Made by a program: the position numbers and the translations under genes. Shown one piece after another: positions 37,217 to 47,007 of a DNA stretch of 64,000 nt (position 1 is the first letter of the stretch; the number at the start of each line of letters is the position of its first letter). The notes beneath the pieces were generated by a model. The model saw nothing but the letters and a program-made list of their open reading frames with translations, made no database searches and was not told the DNA's origin. Origin of the DNA: an uncultured Candidatus Actinomarina sp. (lineage in GTDB: Bacteria > Actinomycetota > Acidimicrobiia > Actinomarinales > Actinomarinaceae); NCBI GenBank assembly GCA_902535055.1, contig CACASI010000002.1, positions 15,333-79,332 of the forward strand, read 5' to 3'.

Positions 37217-40177
37217 ATGTTACGGGGCATTCTAAAAAACGTAAGTTTTATGTTCTTTTTTGCTATATTTATATCTTTTTTTGGTCAATCGGAAGCTCAT
37301 TCAAAGACAATAGTAAGATACGATATAAATTTTAGCTGTGCCGATAATGCTGTTGCCCCACTTAATTCAATCAAAGACATCCAAACATTTTTAAATTGTA
37401 ATGGATTCAGTCCAGGACCTATTGATGGTGTTTCTGGAGGAAGAACTGAAGCTGCAATAAAAAGTTTTCAAGCATCCGTCGGACTTTCTGCAGATGGGGT
37501 TGTCGGTCCAGCTACTAAACAGGCAATGAGAAGTTATAGTTCGGTTTCATTTACTTTCACAGGTAGTGGATGGGGCCATGGTGTAGGTTTAAGTCAATAT
37601 GGAACAAAAGGTCTTACAGAACTTGGTGCGCAATTTTGTAGCAACACAAGTTCCTGTACCTCAAATGAGGTTGTAAATTATTACTTTCAAGGAACAAATG
37701 TAAAAAATTTAGGAGAAATTTCTTTATCCTCACCAGATATTGGCACAAGCAATAATGCCCTTTGGGTAGGTTTGGCAAGAAATGCAAAAAATATAACTTT
37801 AACAACTCTTCCATCTTCTAGCCCACCAACCCTCCAAATTTGTCAGGACGGATTATCAAATACTGCAGGTGTGCAGCTATTTTTAACTTCGAGAGGTTTT
37901 GAGCCAGGACCAATTGATGGTGCTTATGGAGATAAAACTGCTGATGCCATCAGGAGTTACCAGGCCTCTGTTGGCTTGGGTCAAACTGGATCGATTGATG
38001 ATGAACTAATCAACAAAGTTAAATCTGATGCGACATCGGATGGTCCGTGTGAGTCGGTTTGGGGACCTTTGAAAATCGGTGGTGGCGCAACTATAAGTAT
38101 TATAAGTGGAGGAAATGGATGTTACATGACAGGTCATCCTCTTGTTCCAAAGATTAGTGCTAGCTGCAATATGAGTGTCAAATGGTCTGATGGCGGACGA
38201 ATTAGAGTTGGCCCTAGAGAACATAAACATGGGATTCTAAAATTAAGGTCCAAAAATGTCTCATCAGGTTTTCATGTAGTATTAGCTGTTAATTTAGAAA
38301 AATATCTTTATGGCTTAGCAGAAATGCCTTCTCACTGGAATGTAAAAGCTTTAGAGGCCCAAGCTTTAGTCGGCAGAAGTTATGCAGTTTTTCACTATCT
38401 TGATGAAAACATACCATCCTCTGCAAACAACTTAGATGCAGGCCTAAGTGAAAAGCAAAAAGCATATTGCTGGTGTCATATTGGATCCACTGCATCAAGT
38501 CAATATTATTACGGGTATCTAAAAGAAATTGCAGGTCCTAATTGGGTTCAGGCAGTAAATAATACTTCTGGAAAAGTTATCACATATGATGGTTCATATA
38601 CAAGAAGCGGAGTAATACAAGCATTTTATTCCTCGTCAACTGGTGGAAAAACCAACACAAATGTTGTAGGTTTTGGATCTGCGACACCATGGCCTTATTT
38701 GAAGACTGTTGATGATCCATGGTCAATAGACAATCGAGTAGGCAACTCTAAAGCTGCATGGTCTTTTGACTTTAATACTTATCAACTATCAAAAAATATC
38801 CTGTGCGGCGATACTCCTTGTTTTGATGCTCTTACTGATATTTATGTTTCGTCAGTTGCTGAATCTGGTGCAGCTCTAGAAGTTACAATGAAAGGATTTA
38901 AAAATGGAGCAGCAAAATCAGTTACAAAATCTGGAAGAAATATAAAGTCTCAGCTAGGCTTTAGATCACACTATTTTAAAACATCAAGCTCATCTGACGT
39001 ATCAAATCTTGCTGTAGGTCCAGTACAAGCTAATACATCATCAAGTGCAAATGGATCCTCTGAAAATCTTTCTGCTGGTGAAACTGCACAATATGCAACT
39101 TCAAGCTCAGGCCTTTCAAATTTAGCGAAAGCAGGATTAATAAATAAATGTGATGGAAACTCTTCTGGATGCCAAGCTAAAACTTTAACTAGAGAAGAGG
39201 CAGCAGCAATTATTACAGTAATTGGAGGTATTCCTCAGGATTCTCCAAATGCTTATAGCGATGATGACCAGAGTATTTATCAAACAGCAATTAATGGTTT
39301 GCCTTATTATGGAATGCAAGTTTGCTTTGGTAGCCCCTTTGAAATTTTACCAAAGGAAACAGTCGCAAGAGATGAGTTTGCTTGTTTGATAGTTAGATCT
39401 ATAAAAGCAGGAAGTACAACAAATTTATCGGGTTCTGTTGATAAATACTCCGACGAGGGAGCAAGTAAATGGACAAATGAGATAAATACACTAGCTGCAA
39501 ATGACGTTATTCCTGCATGTAGTTCAATTAGTGACAAATTCTGTCCAAGCAGAAAAATTTCAATTGGAGAAGTTTCATATATTGTTGATAAGCTCGTGAG
39601 TAAATCTTTAATATCTACAAACCTCTTTAATACTTCACCATTTAACAATTCATGGGAGCCTTCTGGTGGAGAAGTTGAAAATGCTGCTGATACAGCTGTT
39701 TCAAATCCAAATGCGGGAAATGATGCGTGTGTAGGAAAAGACAATTCAGCTGTTACAATCAATTCGGTTCTCGATATTCAGCAATACCTTGTAAATAATG
39801 GATTTAACCCTGGCCCAATTGATGGACAATCAGGGCCTAAAACAAAAGCTGCTATTAAAGCATTCCAACAAAAAAATGGTCTTTATGCAGATGGGGTTGT
39901 GGGGCCTAAAACAAAAGCAGCAATGAAAGCTTATACAGGGTGTGAGTCTGGAAATACATGTAAAGCAAGAGATAACTCAAATGCAAATTTAAATAGCGTA
40001 TCTGGTATTCAAACATTTTTAGCAAATAATGGTTTTAATCCTGGAATTATTGATGGTGAAATGGGTTCTTATACTAGGGAAGCAATTAAAGCATTCCAAA
40101 GAAAAGTTGGTTTAATACCGGATGGAGAAGCTGGAACAAGAACAAAATCAGCAATGAAGTCCTATACAGGTTGTTAA
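37217..40177 (+). CDS. Secreted multidomain cell-wall protein: SpoIID/LytB-like domain, four PG_binding_1-type modules and SLH-like repeats
   Basis: 986 aa with a signal peptide. SpoIID-like motifs are GSGWGHGVGLSQYG, ALEAQALVGRSYA and FYSSSTGGKT. Four modules match GF.PGPIDG..G..T..AI..FQ...GL..DG..G..T. TREEAAAII and ARDEFACLIV are SLH-like segments. Confidence 0.8.
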   Translation: MLRGILKNVSFMFFFAIFISFFGQSEAHSKTIVRYDINFSCADNAVAPLNSIKDIQTFLNCNGFSPGPIDGVSGGRTEAAIKSFQASVGLSADGVVGPATKQAMRSYSSVSFTFTGSGWGHGVGLSQYGTKGLTELGAQFCSNTSSCTSNEVVNYYFQGTNVKNLGEISLSSPDIGTSNNALWVGLARNAKNITLTTLPSSSPPTLQICQDGLSNTAGVQLFLTSRGFEPGPIDGAYGDKTADAIRSYQASVGLGQTGSIDDELINKVKSDATSDGPCESVWGPLKIGGGATISIISGGNGCYMTGHPLVPKISASCNMSVKWSDGGRIRVGPREHKHGILKLRSKNVSSGFHVVLAVNLEKYLYGLAEMPSHWNVKALEAQALVGRSYAVFHYLDENIPSSANNLDAGLSEKQKAYCWCHIGSTASSQYYYGYLKEIAGPNWVQAVNNTSGKVITYDGSYTRSGVIQAFYSSSTGGKTNTNVVGFGSATPWPYLKTVDDPWSIDNRVGNSKAAWSFDFNTYQLSKNILCGDTPCFDALTDIYVSSVAESGAALEVTMKGFKNGAAKSVTKSGRNIKSQLGFRSHYFKTSSSSDVSNLAVGPVQANTSSSANGSSENLSAGETAQYATSSSGLSNLAKAGLINKCDGNSSGCQAKTLTREEAAAIITVIGGIPQDSPNAYSDDDQSIYQTAINGLPYYGMQVCFGSPFEILPKETVARDEFACLIVRSIKAGSTTNLSGSVDKYSDEGASKWTNEINTLAANDVIPACSSISDKFCPSRKISIGEVSYIVDKLVSKSLISTNLFNTSPFNNSWEPSGGEVENAADTAVSNPNAGNDACVGKDNSAVTINSVLDIQQYLVNNGFNPGPIDGQSGPKTKAAIKAFQQKNGLYADGVVGPKTKAAMKAYTGCESGNTCKARDNSNANLNSVSGIQTFLANNGFNPGIIDGEMGSYTREAIKAFQRKVGLIPDGEAGTRTKSAMKSYTGC

Positions 40178-42087
40178 TTAATTAAATTTTTTATTTGATT
40201 TGCAATTTTTTCTGCTGCAAAATCAAATTCGTTAACTAAATCTTTAATTGGAGCTGATTTTCCAAATGAATTAATTGAAAAAGACTTTTTAATATTCTTT
40301 ATGTAAGAATCCCATCCAACTGATCTCCCAAGTTCAATTGTAAATATTTCAGAATTTGGATTTAATAAATTTAAAGTCTCATTATCTAATTTATCGAGTA
40401 TTGGCACGCTGATAATCTGAATTGATAAATCATCAAGGATATTACTGACCTCTTTAGCAATTTCTAATTCAGATCCTGTTGCAAATATAGTGATATCTTT
40501 ACCTGGAGAAAACTCATATGCTCCCTTAATAAACTCTTCGTATTGTAAGTTGTTTTCTAAATATTTCATATCTTGTCTTGAAAGAACAATTACAGTTGGA
40601 TTATTTTTATTTTCAAAAGCAAATCTATACGCATAAAGAATCTCATTATTGTTTGCTGGTCTAATCACCTCGAGGCCTGGAATGAGCCTTAAAGACATAA
40701 GATGTTCTATTGGTTGGTGTGTTGGGCCATCTTCACCTAAAAAGATTGAATCGTGTGTAAATATAAATACAGAATTTGTCTTCATCAATGAAGCAAGTCT
40801 TATGCTCGGTCTCATGTAATCTGAAAATACTAAAAATGTAGATCCATAGGGCATCAAGTTGCTATGTAAAGCAATACCATTAACGATTCCACCCATGGCA
40901 TGTTCTCTTATACCAAACTCAATAGTATTTCCACTATAATTTTCAGATCCAAAAACTTTATCACTTACAATTTGCTTTGTTGAAGCTGCAAGATCAGCTG
41001 ACCCACCAATGATAAATTTATTTGATTTGCCTATTTCATTTAAAATTTTTCCGCCAACCACTCGTGAAGCTTGATCGTCAGACCATTCAAGTGATAGAGA
41101 TTGAAAATCAATATTATTAAACTCCTCCCACAGAATTTTAAAATTTTCATCATCGCTTATTTTTTTGTCTAAATTTACTTTCCATTCCTGAAATGTCTTA
41201 TTATCTCTTTCTCTTTCATTGTTGAAGTAATCGTATATATCTGAGCTATGAGCAAATGGATCACCAGAATGACCAATATTTTCTAAAAATAGTTCAAATT
41301 CCTCCTCCCCTAAAGGAGAGCCATGAACACCACTAGAATTTGCTTTATTGGGTGAGTATTTTCCAATCGTTGATTTTGCAATAATTAATGATGGCTTGTC
41401 AGTGATCTTTTGTGCATGTTTAATTGCATCAATTATTTCTGATTCTTGATGTCCATCTATTTCGAGAACGTCCCAGCCCATGGACAAAAACTTGTTTTTT
41501 TGATTTGTAATTGAAACTTTCGTTACGTTTCCATCTATGGAAATATTGTTATCATCAAAAAAATAAATTATTTTTCCAAGTTTCCATAGGCCTGCAAGCT
41601 CTGCAGCTTCTGTAGATATTCCCTCCATCAAATCACCATCGGAGATAATTCCATAAATATAATGATCGATAATATCTTCTCCAAGAACACTAGAAAGGTA
41701 TCTTTCAGCTACCGCTAAGCCAACACCATTTGCAAAGCCTTGACCAAGTGGGCCTGTCGTGGTGTCAATACCAAGTTGAAAATCTTTTTCAGGATGTCCT
41801 GCAGTGACAGATCCTAGTTGGCGAAAATTTTTTATGTCATCCATTGAAATATCAAAACCATTGAAGTGTAGAAGGCTATATAAAAGCATAGAACCATGTC
41901 CTGCACTTAATACAAATCTATCTCTATTTATCCAATCTGGATTTTTGTTTGAAGCTTTTAATGCATTTTTATAAATTGCAACACCAACATCAGCCATTCC
42001 TAACGGCATACCGGGATGACCTGAATTTGCTTTTTCTACTGCTGCAGCAGAAAGGACTCTCACAGACTTTGTTACATTGTCAAACAT
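40174..42087 (-). CDS. tkt: Transketolase
   Basis: 637 aa with SGHPGMPLGMADV, GDGDLMEG-like ISDGDLMEG and EDGPTHQPIEH blocks. Confidence 0.92.
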   Translation of the reverse strand: MFDNVTKSVRVLSAAAVEKANSGHPGMPLGMADVGVAIYKNALKASNKNPDWINRDRFVLSAGHGSMLLYSLLHFNGFDISMDDIKNFRQLGSVTAGHPEKDFQLGIDTTTGPLGQGFANGVGLAVAERYLSSVLGEDIIDHYIYGIISDGDLMEGISTEAAELAGLWKLGKIIYFFDDNNISIDGNVTKVSITNQKNKFLSMGWDVLEIDGHQESEIIDAIKHAQKITDKPSLIIAKSTIGKYSPNKANSSGVHGSPLGEEEFELFLENIGHSGDPFAHSSDIYDYFNNERERDNKTFQEWKVNLDKKISDDENFKILWEEFNNIDFQSLSLEWSDDQASRVVGGKILNEIGKSNKFIIGGSADLAASTKQIVSDKVFGSENYSGNTIEFGIREHAMGGIVNGIALHSNLMPYGSTFLVFSDYMRPSIRLASLMKTNSVFIFTHDSIFLGEDGPTHQPIEHLMSLRLIPGLEVIRPANNNEILYAYRFAFENKNNPTVIVLSRQDMKYLENNLQYEEFIKGAYEFSPGKDITIFATGSELEIAKEVSNILDDLSIQIISVPILDKLDNETLNLLNPNSEIFTIELGRSVGWDSYIKNIKKSFSINSFGKSAPIKDLVNEFDFAAEKIANQIKNLIN

Positions 42088-42108
42088 TGCTTTAAGTATA
42101 TTTATTAA

Positions 42109-43755
42109 TTAAATAGAGGCAAAGGAATCTTTTGCGTGATATGAAGATCTTACAAGTGGACCAGATTCAATATGTGGAATCCCTAGCTCTTGACCAATAA
42201 TTTTGTATTCTTCAAATTCTTCTTTAGGTGCATATCTGTGGATAGGTCTGTGCCTTTGTGTAGGTCTTAAGTACTGGCCGATTGTTACAATATCAATGTC
42301 AATTTGAGATAAATCTTTTAAAACTGCAACAACTTCCTCAAATTCTTCACCCATTCCTACAATTAAGCCTGTTTTCGTCTTGCCAAGAAAGTGAGAATCT
42401 TTTGCATATTGAAGCAAAGAGAGTGATCGTCCATATGAAGCTGCAGTTCTTATTTCTCTTTGTAATCTTGGGACCGTCTCAAGATTATGGTTTAATACTT
42501 CTGGGTTAGCATTAATTATGTTCTCTATCGCTCCTCTGTCTCCTTTAAAGTCTGGTATTAATACTTCAACTGAAGTTTGAGGATTCATTAACTTTACTTC
42601 ATCTATTGTTTTTGCAAAGAAATTTGATCCACCGTCTTGAAGGTCATCCCTATTTACTGAGGTAATTACTGCATGAGTAAGCTCCATAATTTTTACACTT
42701 TCAGCAACTCTATACGGCTCATCCATATCAAGATCTGTGGGTTTACCAGTATTTACATCACAAAATCCACAGGCTCTTGTACATGTTTCACCCATAATCA
42801 TAAATGTTGCAGTGCCCATGGACCAACATTCGTATATATTTGGACATGAGGCTTCTTCACAAACTGTATTCAATCGTTTTTCTTTAATCAAACTTTTGAG
42901 TGATAGATAATCTTTTCCTAAGTTTGCTTTCACCTTCATCCATTCAGGCCTCTCGGGTTCGTTTTTAATACTTGACTTAAAGGAAACTGGAATTGCATTC
43001 TTAGAAGAATTAAATACACCTTTTTCAACTAATTGATCAATGTCAAATTCCTTCTTTTTCTTTAGTTGTCGTGGTGTAAATTGTGAAAATTGTTCATCAA
43101 CTTTTTTATACTCAAATATTTCTGAAAATTTTTTTGAAATTACATCGGTTACTTCTTTAAATGAAATATTCTTGTCATAATTTTGAATTGCGACAATTCT
43201 TTCTTCACTGTCTCCACAGGGATTTATGAAATCGTAACCTTTCGTATTATCTGTAATATTTAATGAAAAGCCATGGAATGTAGTCCATTTGCTAACCTTA
43301 ATTCCAATTGACGCTATTTTTCCTTCATTTGTCCAAACGCCTGTATCGTCATGTTTTGAGAAAGCAGAAATTGAAAATGTTGACAATGTATCGATTATGA
43401 CTTTCTCAATTTTTCTAACAAACGGAATTACTTTTTTTGGATCATCTAATCTAATTATTGGATACCCAATTAATTGTCCATCACCATGAAAAGTAATGTC
43501 ACCACCTCTATCGGTTTCATAAAATTCAATATTATTTTTATTTAATGTATCTTCGGTAACTAAAAGATTATTCTTATCACCTGATCTTCCAATAGTGATT
43601 ACATTGTTGTGTTCTAGTAAAAGCAAGTAATCGTAATTAGATTTCTCAGAACTTACTGATGAATGTAGTCCTTTTTGAAGGTCAATTGCTTCTTTATATG
43701 GAAGTTTTCCCAGCCATCTAATATTTAATTCTCTCAAGATATTTCCTGAGACCAA
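42109..43755 (-). CDS. lipB/lipA: Fusion protein: octanoyltransferase LipB (N-terminal) + lipoyl synthase LipA (C-terminal)
   Basis: One uninterrupted 548-aa ORF. LipB motifs are RGGDITFHGDGQ, KIASIGIKVS, HGFSLN and NPCG. LipA motifs are CEEASCPNIYEC and the radical-SAM CTRACGFC. Confidence 0.85.
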   Translation of the reverse strand: MVSGNILRELNIRWLGKLPYKEAIDLQKGLHSSVSSEKSNYDYLLLLEHNNVITIGRSGDKNNLLVTEDTLNKNNIEFYETDRGGDITFHGDGQLIGYPIIRLDDPKKVIPFVRKIEKVIIDTLSTFSISAFSKHDDTGVWTNEGKIASIGIKVSKWTTFHGFSLNITDNTKGYDFINPCGDSEERIVAIQNYDKNISFKEVTDVISKKFSEIFEYKKVDEQFSQFTPRQLKKKKEFDIDQLVEKGVFNSSKNAIPVSFKSSIKNEPERPEWMKVKANLGKDYLSLKSLIKEKRLNTVCEEASCPNIYECWSMGTATFMIMGETCTRACGFCDVNTGKPTDLDMDEPYRVAESVKIMELTHAVITSVNRDDLQDGGSNFFAKTIDEVKLMNPQTSVEVLIPDFKGDRGAIENIINANPEVLNHNLETVPRLQREIRTAASYGRSLSLLQYAKDSHFLGKTKTGLIVGMGEEFEEVVAVLKDLSQIDIDIVTIGQYLRPTQRHRPIHRYAPKEEFEEYKIIGQELGIPHIESGPLVRSSYHAKDSFASI

Positions 43756-44996
43756 TCGGTACTTTCAATTCTTGTTTTAATTGAATTTAAAAATAACAGA
43801 GCAGTAGAACCATCAAAAACTCTATGATCCCATGTCAAACTCAGTATCCCAATATGCCTAATTGAAATTGAATCTGATCCATCTTCCATCTCAATCACAA
43901 CTGGGCGCTTTTTCACTGATTCTGTTGAAAGAATAGCAACGTTTGGTTGATTGATTATTGGTGATGTTAAAAATGAATTGAAAGAGCCATTGTTTGATAT
44001 CGTAAATGTACTTCCCGACACATCATCTAGATTGTAACTTCCATCTCTAAGAAGAGTTGAAATCTCAGATATCTTTCTAGCAGTGCCTGTAAGATTATAA
44101 GAATCAGCCTCCTTTATTGTTCCAACAAGTAATCCATTTTGGTTTATGTCGACTGCAATACCCAATTGAATATTCTCATGAATCAAATGAACATTTTTAT
44201 CTATATCAAAAGAGCTATTAACAACAGGAAATTCGCGTAAGGCACTTACTACAGCTTTTGCAATAAATGGAAGATATGTAAGTGAAAAATTGTTTTCATT
44301 TTTAAAATTATCTTTAACTTTACTTCTTAAATTCTCTACGTTTTCAAAATCAACTTCAACTGAAGTCATTACATGCGCAGAAGTTTGCTTTGAGTGAATC
44401 ATGTTTTCAGCAATTTTCTTACGTAATCTAGGTATTTCACCTGTATTTGTTGACTTATTATTATCAGTAACTTCCTTCGGTTTTTGGTGACCATTATTTA
44501 AATACTTATCTATATCTTTTCTTGTAACTCGACCATCTTTTCCTGTGCCAGTAACTTGAAGTAGATCTATATTATTTTCTGAAGCAAGTTTTCTTACGAC
44601 AGGTGAGACTTTGCCTAAGGCTTGAGTACTTTGTATATTTTTGGTTTCAGTTACAGTTTGTTCGTTTTCAAAAATTTCTTGAGCAGGTTCTTCTATTTTT
44701 TCTATTTTGACTTCTTGTTCTACTGATTCAGTTGCTTCAGCATTTAAGTTTTCAGTAGAAGTACCGTCTAACACTAATAATGGAGACCCCACTTCAACTG
44801 TCTCACCCTCTTCTACTAATAAAGAAGAAACAGTTCCACTAAAAGGACTTGGTACTTCAGTATCAACTTTGTCTGTTGAAATCTCTAAGATTGGATCGTC
44901 TTCTTTAATTTCATCACCAACTTTTACAAGCCAGCGCAGAATAGTTCCCTCAGTAACAGTTTCTCCTAGTTGTGGCATTGTGATGCGTTCACTCAT
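43734..44996 (-). CDS. Dihydrolipoamide acyltransferase (E2) of a 2-oxoacid dehydrogenase complex
   Basis: 420 aa with a lipoyl domain (EISTDKVDTEVPSP), a PSBD (SPVVRKLASENNIDL) and a catalytic DHRVFDG. Confidence 0.9.
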   Translation of the reverse strand: MSERITMPQLGETVTEGTILRWLVKVGDEIKEDDPILEISTDKVDTEVPSPFSGTVSSLLVEEGETVEVGSPLLVLDGTSTENLNAEATESVEQEVKIEKIEEPAQEIFENEQTVTETKNIQSTQALGKVSPVVRKLASENNIDLLQVTGTGKDGRVTRKDIDKYLNNGHQKPKEVTDNNKSTNTGEIPRLRKKIAENMIHSKQTSAHVMTSVEVDFENVENLRSKVKDNFKNENNFSLTYLPFIAKAVVSALREFPVVNSSFDIDKNVHLIHENIQLGIAVDINQNGLLVGTIKEADSYNLTGTARKISEISTLLRDGSYNLDDVSGSTFTISNNGSFNSFLTSPIINQPNVAILSTESVKKRPVVIEMEDGSDSISIRHIGILSLTWDHRVFDGSTALLFLNSIKTRIESTDWSQEIS

Positions 44997-45000
44997 AATT

Positions 45001-47007
45001 TTATTGTAATTCTTTTATGGCATTTACAACTTTTTGAGCGCTTGGAATAAATGCATCTTCAAGTACTGGCGCGAAAGGTATATGTGTATTTGGTGATGTT
45101 ATTTTTATAATTGGATTGTCTAGATCCCAAAATCCTTTCTCAGCAATTAGAGATGATATTTCTGAAGCTACCGATGAGAAAGGGACGTCTTCTTGTAAAA
45201 TACAAACATTTGATGTCTTTGCTACAGATTTCAATATAATTTCTTCATCTAATGGGACAATTGTTCTAATGTCCACAATTTCAACTGAAATATCTTCTTT
45301 TTCAAGAATGTTTGCTGCTTCTTCAGCAACAGAAACCATTCCTGACCAGGTAACAATTGTTATATCCGATCCTTCTTTGACTACTCTACCTTTACCAATT
45401 TCGACTTCATATAGCCCAATTGGAACATCCATTTTTAGGTCTGGTTTTCTATAAAGTTTTTTATGTTCAAGATACATGACAGGATTTGGATCATTAACAG
45501 CTGCAACAAGTAGCCCTTTTGCATCATATGGGTTTGATGGAGCAACAACTTTTATACCCGGATGGTGTGCAAGTAATGACTCTGGGCTAATTGAATGAAA
45601 AGGTCCCGAACGTGTACCAGCACCAGTTGGACCTCTCACAACCATTGGAACAGCTTTGCCAGCTTTCCAATGATATTTTGCTGCTTCAGTAGTTAATTGA
45701 TCAAGCGCAGGGTAAACAAAATCATAAAATTGTAATTCAACAATTGGTTTTTGGCCAGCTAATGCAGCTCCCACTGCTGCACCTGTAAATCCACCTTCTG
45801 AAATTGCTGTATCTATAACTCTAAATGGACCATATTTTTCAAAAAGCCCTTTTGTTGCTTTGAAAGCCCCTTCAAAAACACCTACATCTTCTCCCATAAT
45901 GAAAACACCTTCATCATTTTTCATCAATTCATCTAGTCCATTATTTATGGCTTCTATAAAGTTCATTGTTTGTAAATTATTTTCTGTATTTTCAATTACA
46001 GGGATAGTTCTCTTAGCGAACATATCATTTAATTCATCTTTTGGATCTGGCTCCTCTTGGGTTTTAGCCCACTCAAGAGTTTCCTTTATTTCAGTTTCTA
46101 AATTACTTTCTAATTGAATAAAATCATCCTCACTAAATAATCCCTCAGTTAAAAGGGAGTCTTCAAATCTTGCAATCGGATCTCTTTTCATCCAGAAATC
46201 TCTTACTTCATCTTCAACATAATCTGCAGGATCATGACCAGCGTGTCCATAATGTCTAAAAGTAACTAATTCGATTAAAGTTGGACCTTTACCTTTTCTA
46301 GCATTTTCACATGCTTCATGGATTGAATCGATAACGTCATAGATATCATTACCATCAATAATTAGTGACGGAATACCATAACCTGCTCCTCTATCTGCAA
46401 CATTTGGTGTCCCAAACTCAGTTTCATTGGGTGATGAATAGGCAAATTGGTTATTTTGAACTGTAAAGACAACTGGTAAATTTAATACTCCAGCCATGTT
46501 TACACTTTCATGCCATGTGCCTGTCGCAGTTGCACCTTCTCCACAATTAGCTATAGCAACCACTCCACTTCCCTGTTGTTGTGATGCAAGCGCCCAACCA
46601 ACTGCAACTGGTGCTGAGTCAGGTAATGGGGATACAACCATCAAGGTCCCCTTGTCAACTACACCAAAGTGACTATTACCATCTCGTCCTTTTGAAGGTC
46701 CGTCTTTTTTTCCAAAAAAATTAAGTGCAACTTCTTTTAGTGTTACCCCTTTCATTAATTGAACTCCAAGATCTCTATGAGTGCCGCCAAAAATATCTTT
46801 GTCATCCATTCCAGCACCAATACCAGCCATCGAGGCTTCTTGTCCTATTCCTGGATATACAGCTCCACTTAGTTGTCCCCCTTTATACATTTTTAATAAT
46901 CTGTCTTCAAGAAGTCTCTGAGTTTTCATAGACTTATAAATTTCCCACAACTGCTCATTAGTAAGTTCTGATGAATATCCTTTTCTAACAATCTTTTCAA
47001 TTTGCAT
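45001..47007 (-). CDS. Fused E1 alpha/beta subunit of a TPP-dependent 2-oxoacid dehydrogenase
   Basis: 668 aa. The N-terminal half is the alpha (TPP-binding) subunit, with GEGATATG...NLPVVFTVQNNQFA. The C-terminal half is beta, with MNFIEAINNGL...GEDVG...IDTAISEGGFTG. Confidence 0.85.
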   Translation of the reverse strand: MQIEKIVRKGYSSELTNEQLWEIYKSMKTQRLLEDRLLKMYKGGQLSGAVYPGIGQEASMAGIGAGMDDKDIFGGTHRDLGVQLMKGVTLKEVALNFFGKKDGPSKGRDGNSHFGVVDKGTLMVVSPLPDSAPVAVGWALASQQQGSGVVAIANCGEGATATGTWHESVNMAGVLNLPVVFTVQNNQFAYSSPNETEFGTPNVADRGAGYGIPSLIIDGNDIYDVIDSIHEACENARKGKGPTLIELVTFRHYGHAGHDPADYVEDEVRDFWMKRDPIARFEDSLLTEGLFSEDDFIQLESNLETEIKETLEWAKTQEEPDPKDELNDMFAKRTIPVIENTENNLQTMNFIEAINNGLDELMKNDEGVFIMGEDVGVFEGAFKATKGLFEKYGPFRVIDTAISEGGFTGAAVGAALAGQKPIVELQFYDFVYPALDQLTTEAAKYHWKAGKAVPMVVRGPTGAGTRSGPFHSISPESLLAHHPGIKVVAPSNPYDAKGLLVAAVNDPNPVMYLEHKKLYRKPDLKMDVPIGLYEVEIGKGRVVKEGSDITIVTWSGMVSVAEEAANILEKEDISVEIVDIRTIVPLDEEIILKSVAKTSNVCILQEDVPFSSVASEISSLIAEKGFWDLDNPIIKITSPNTHIPFAPVLEDAFIPSAQKVVNAIKELQ

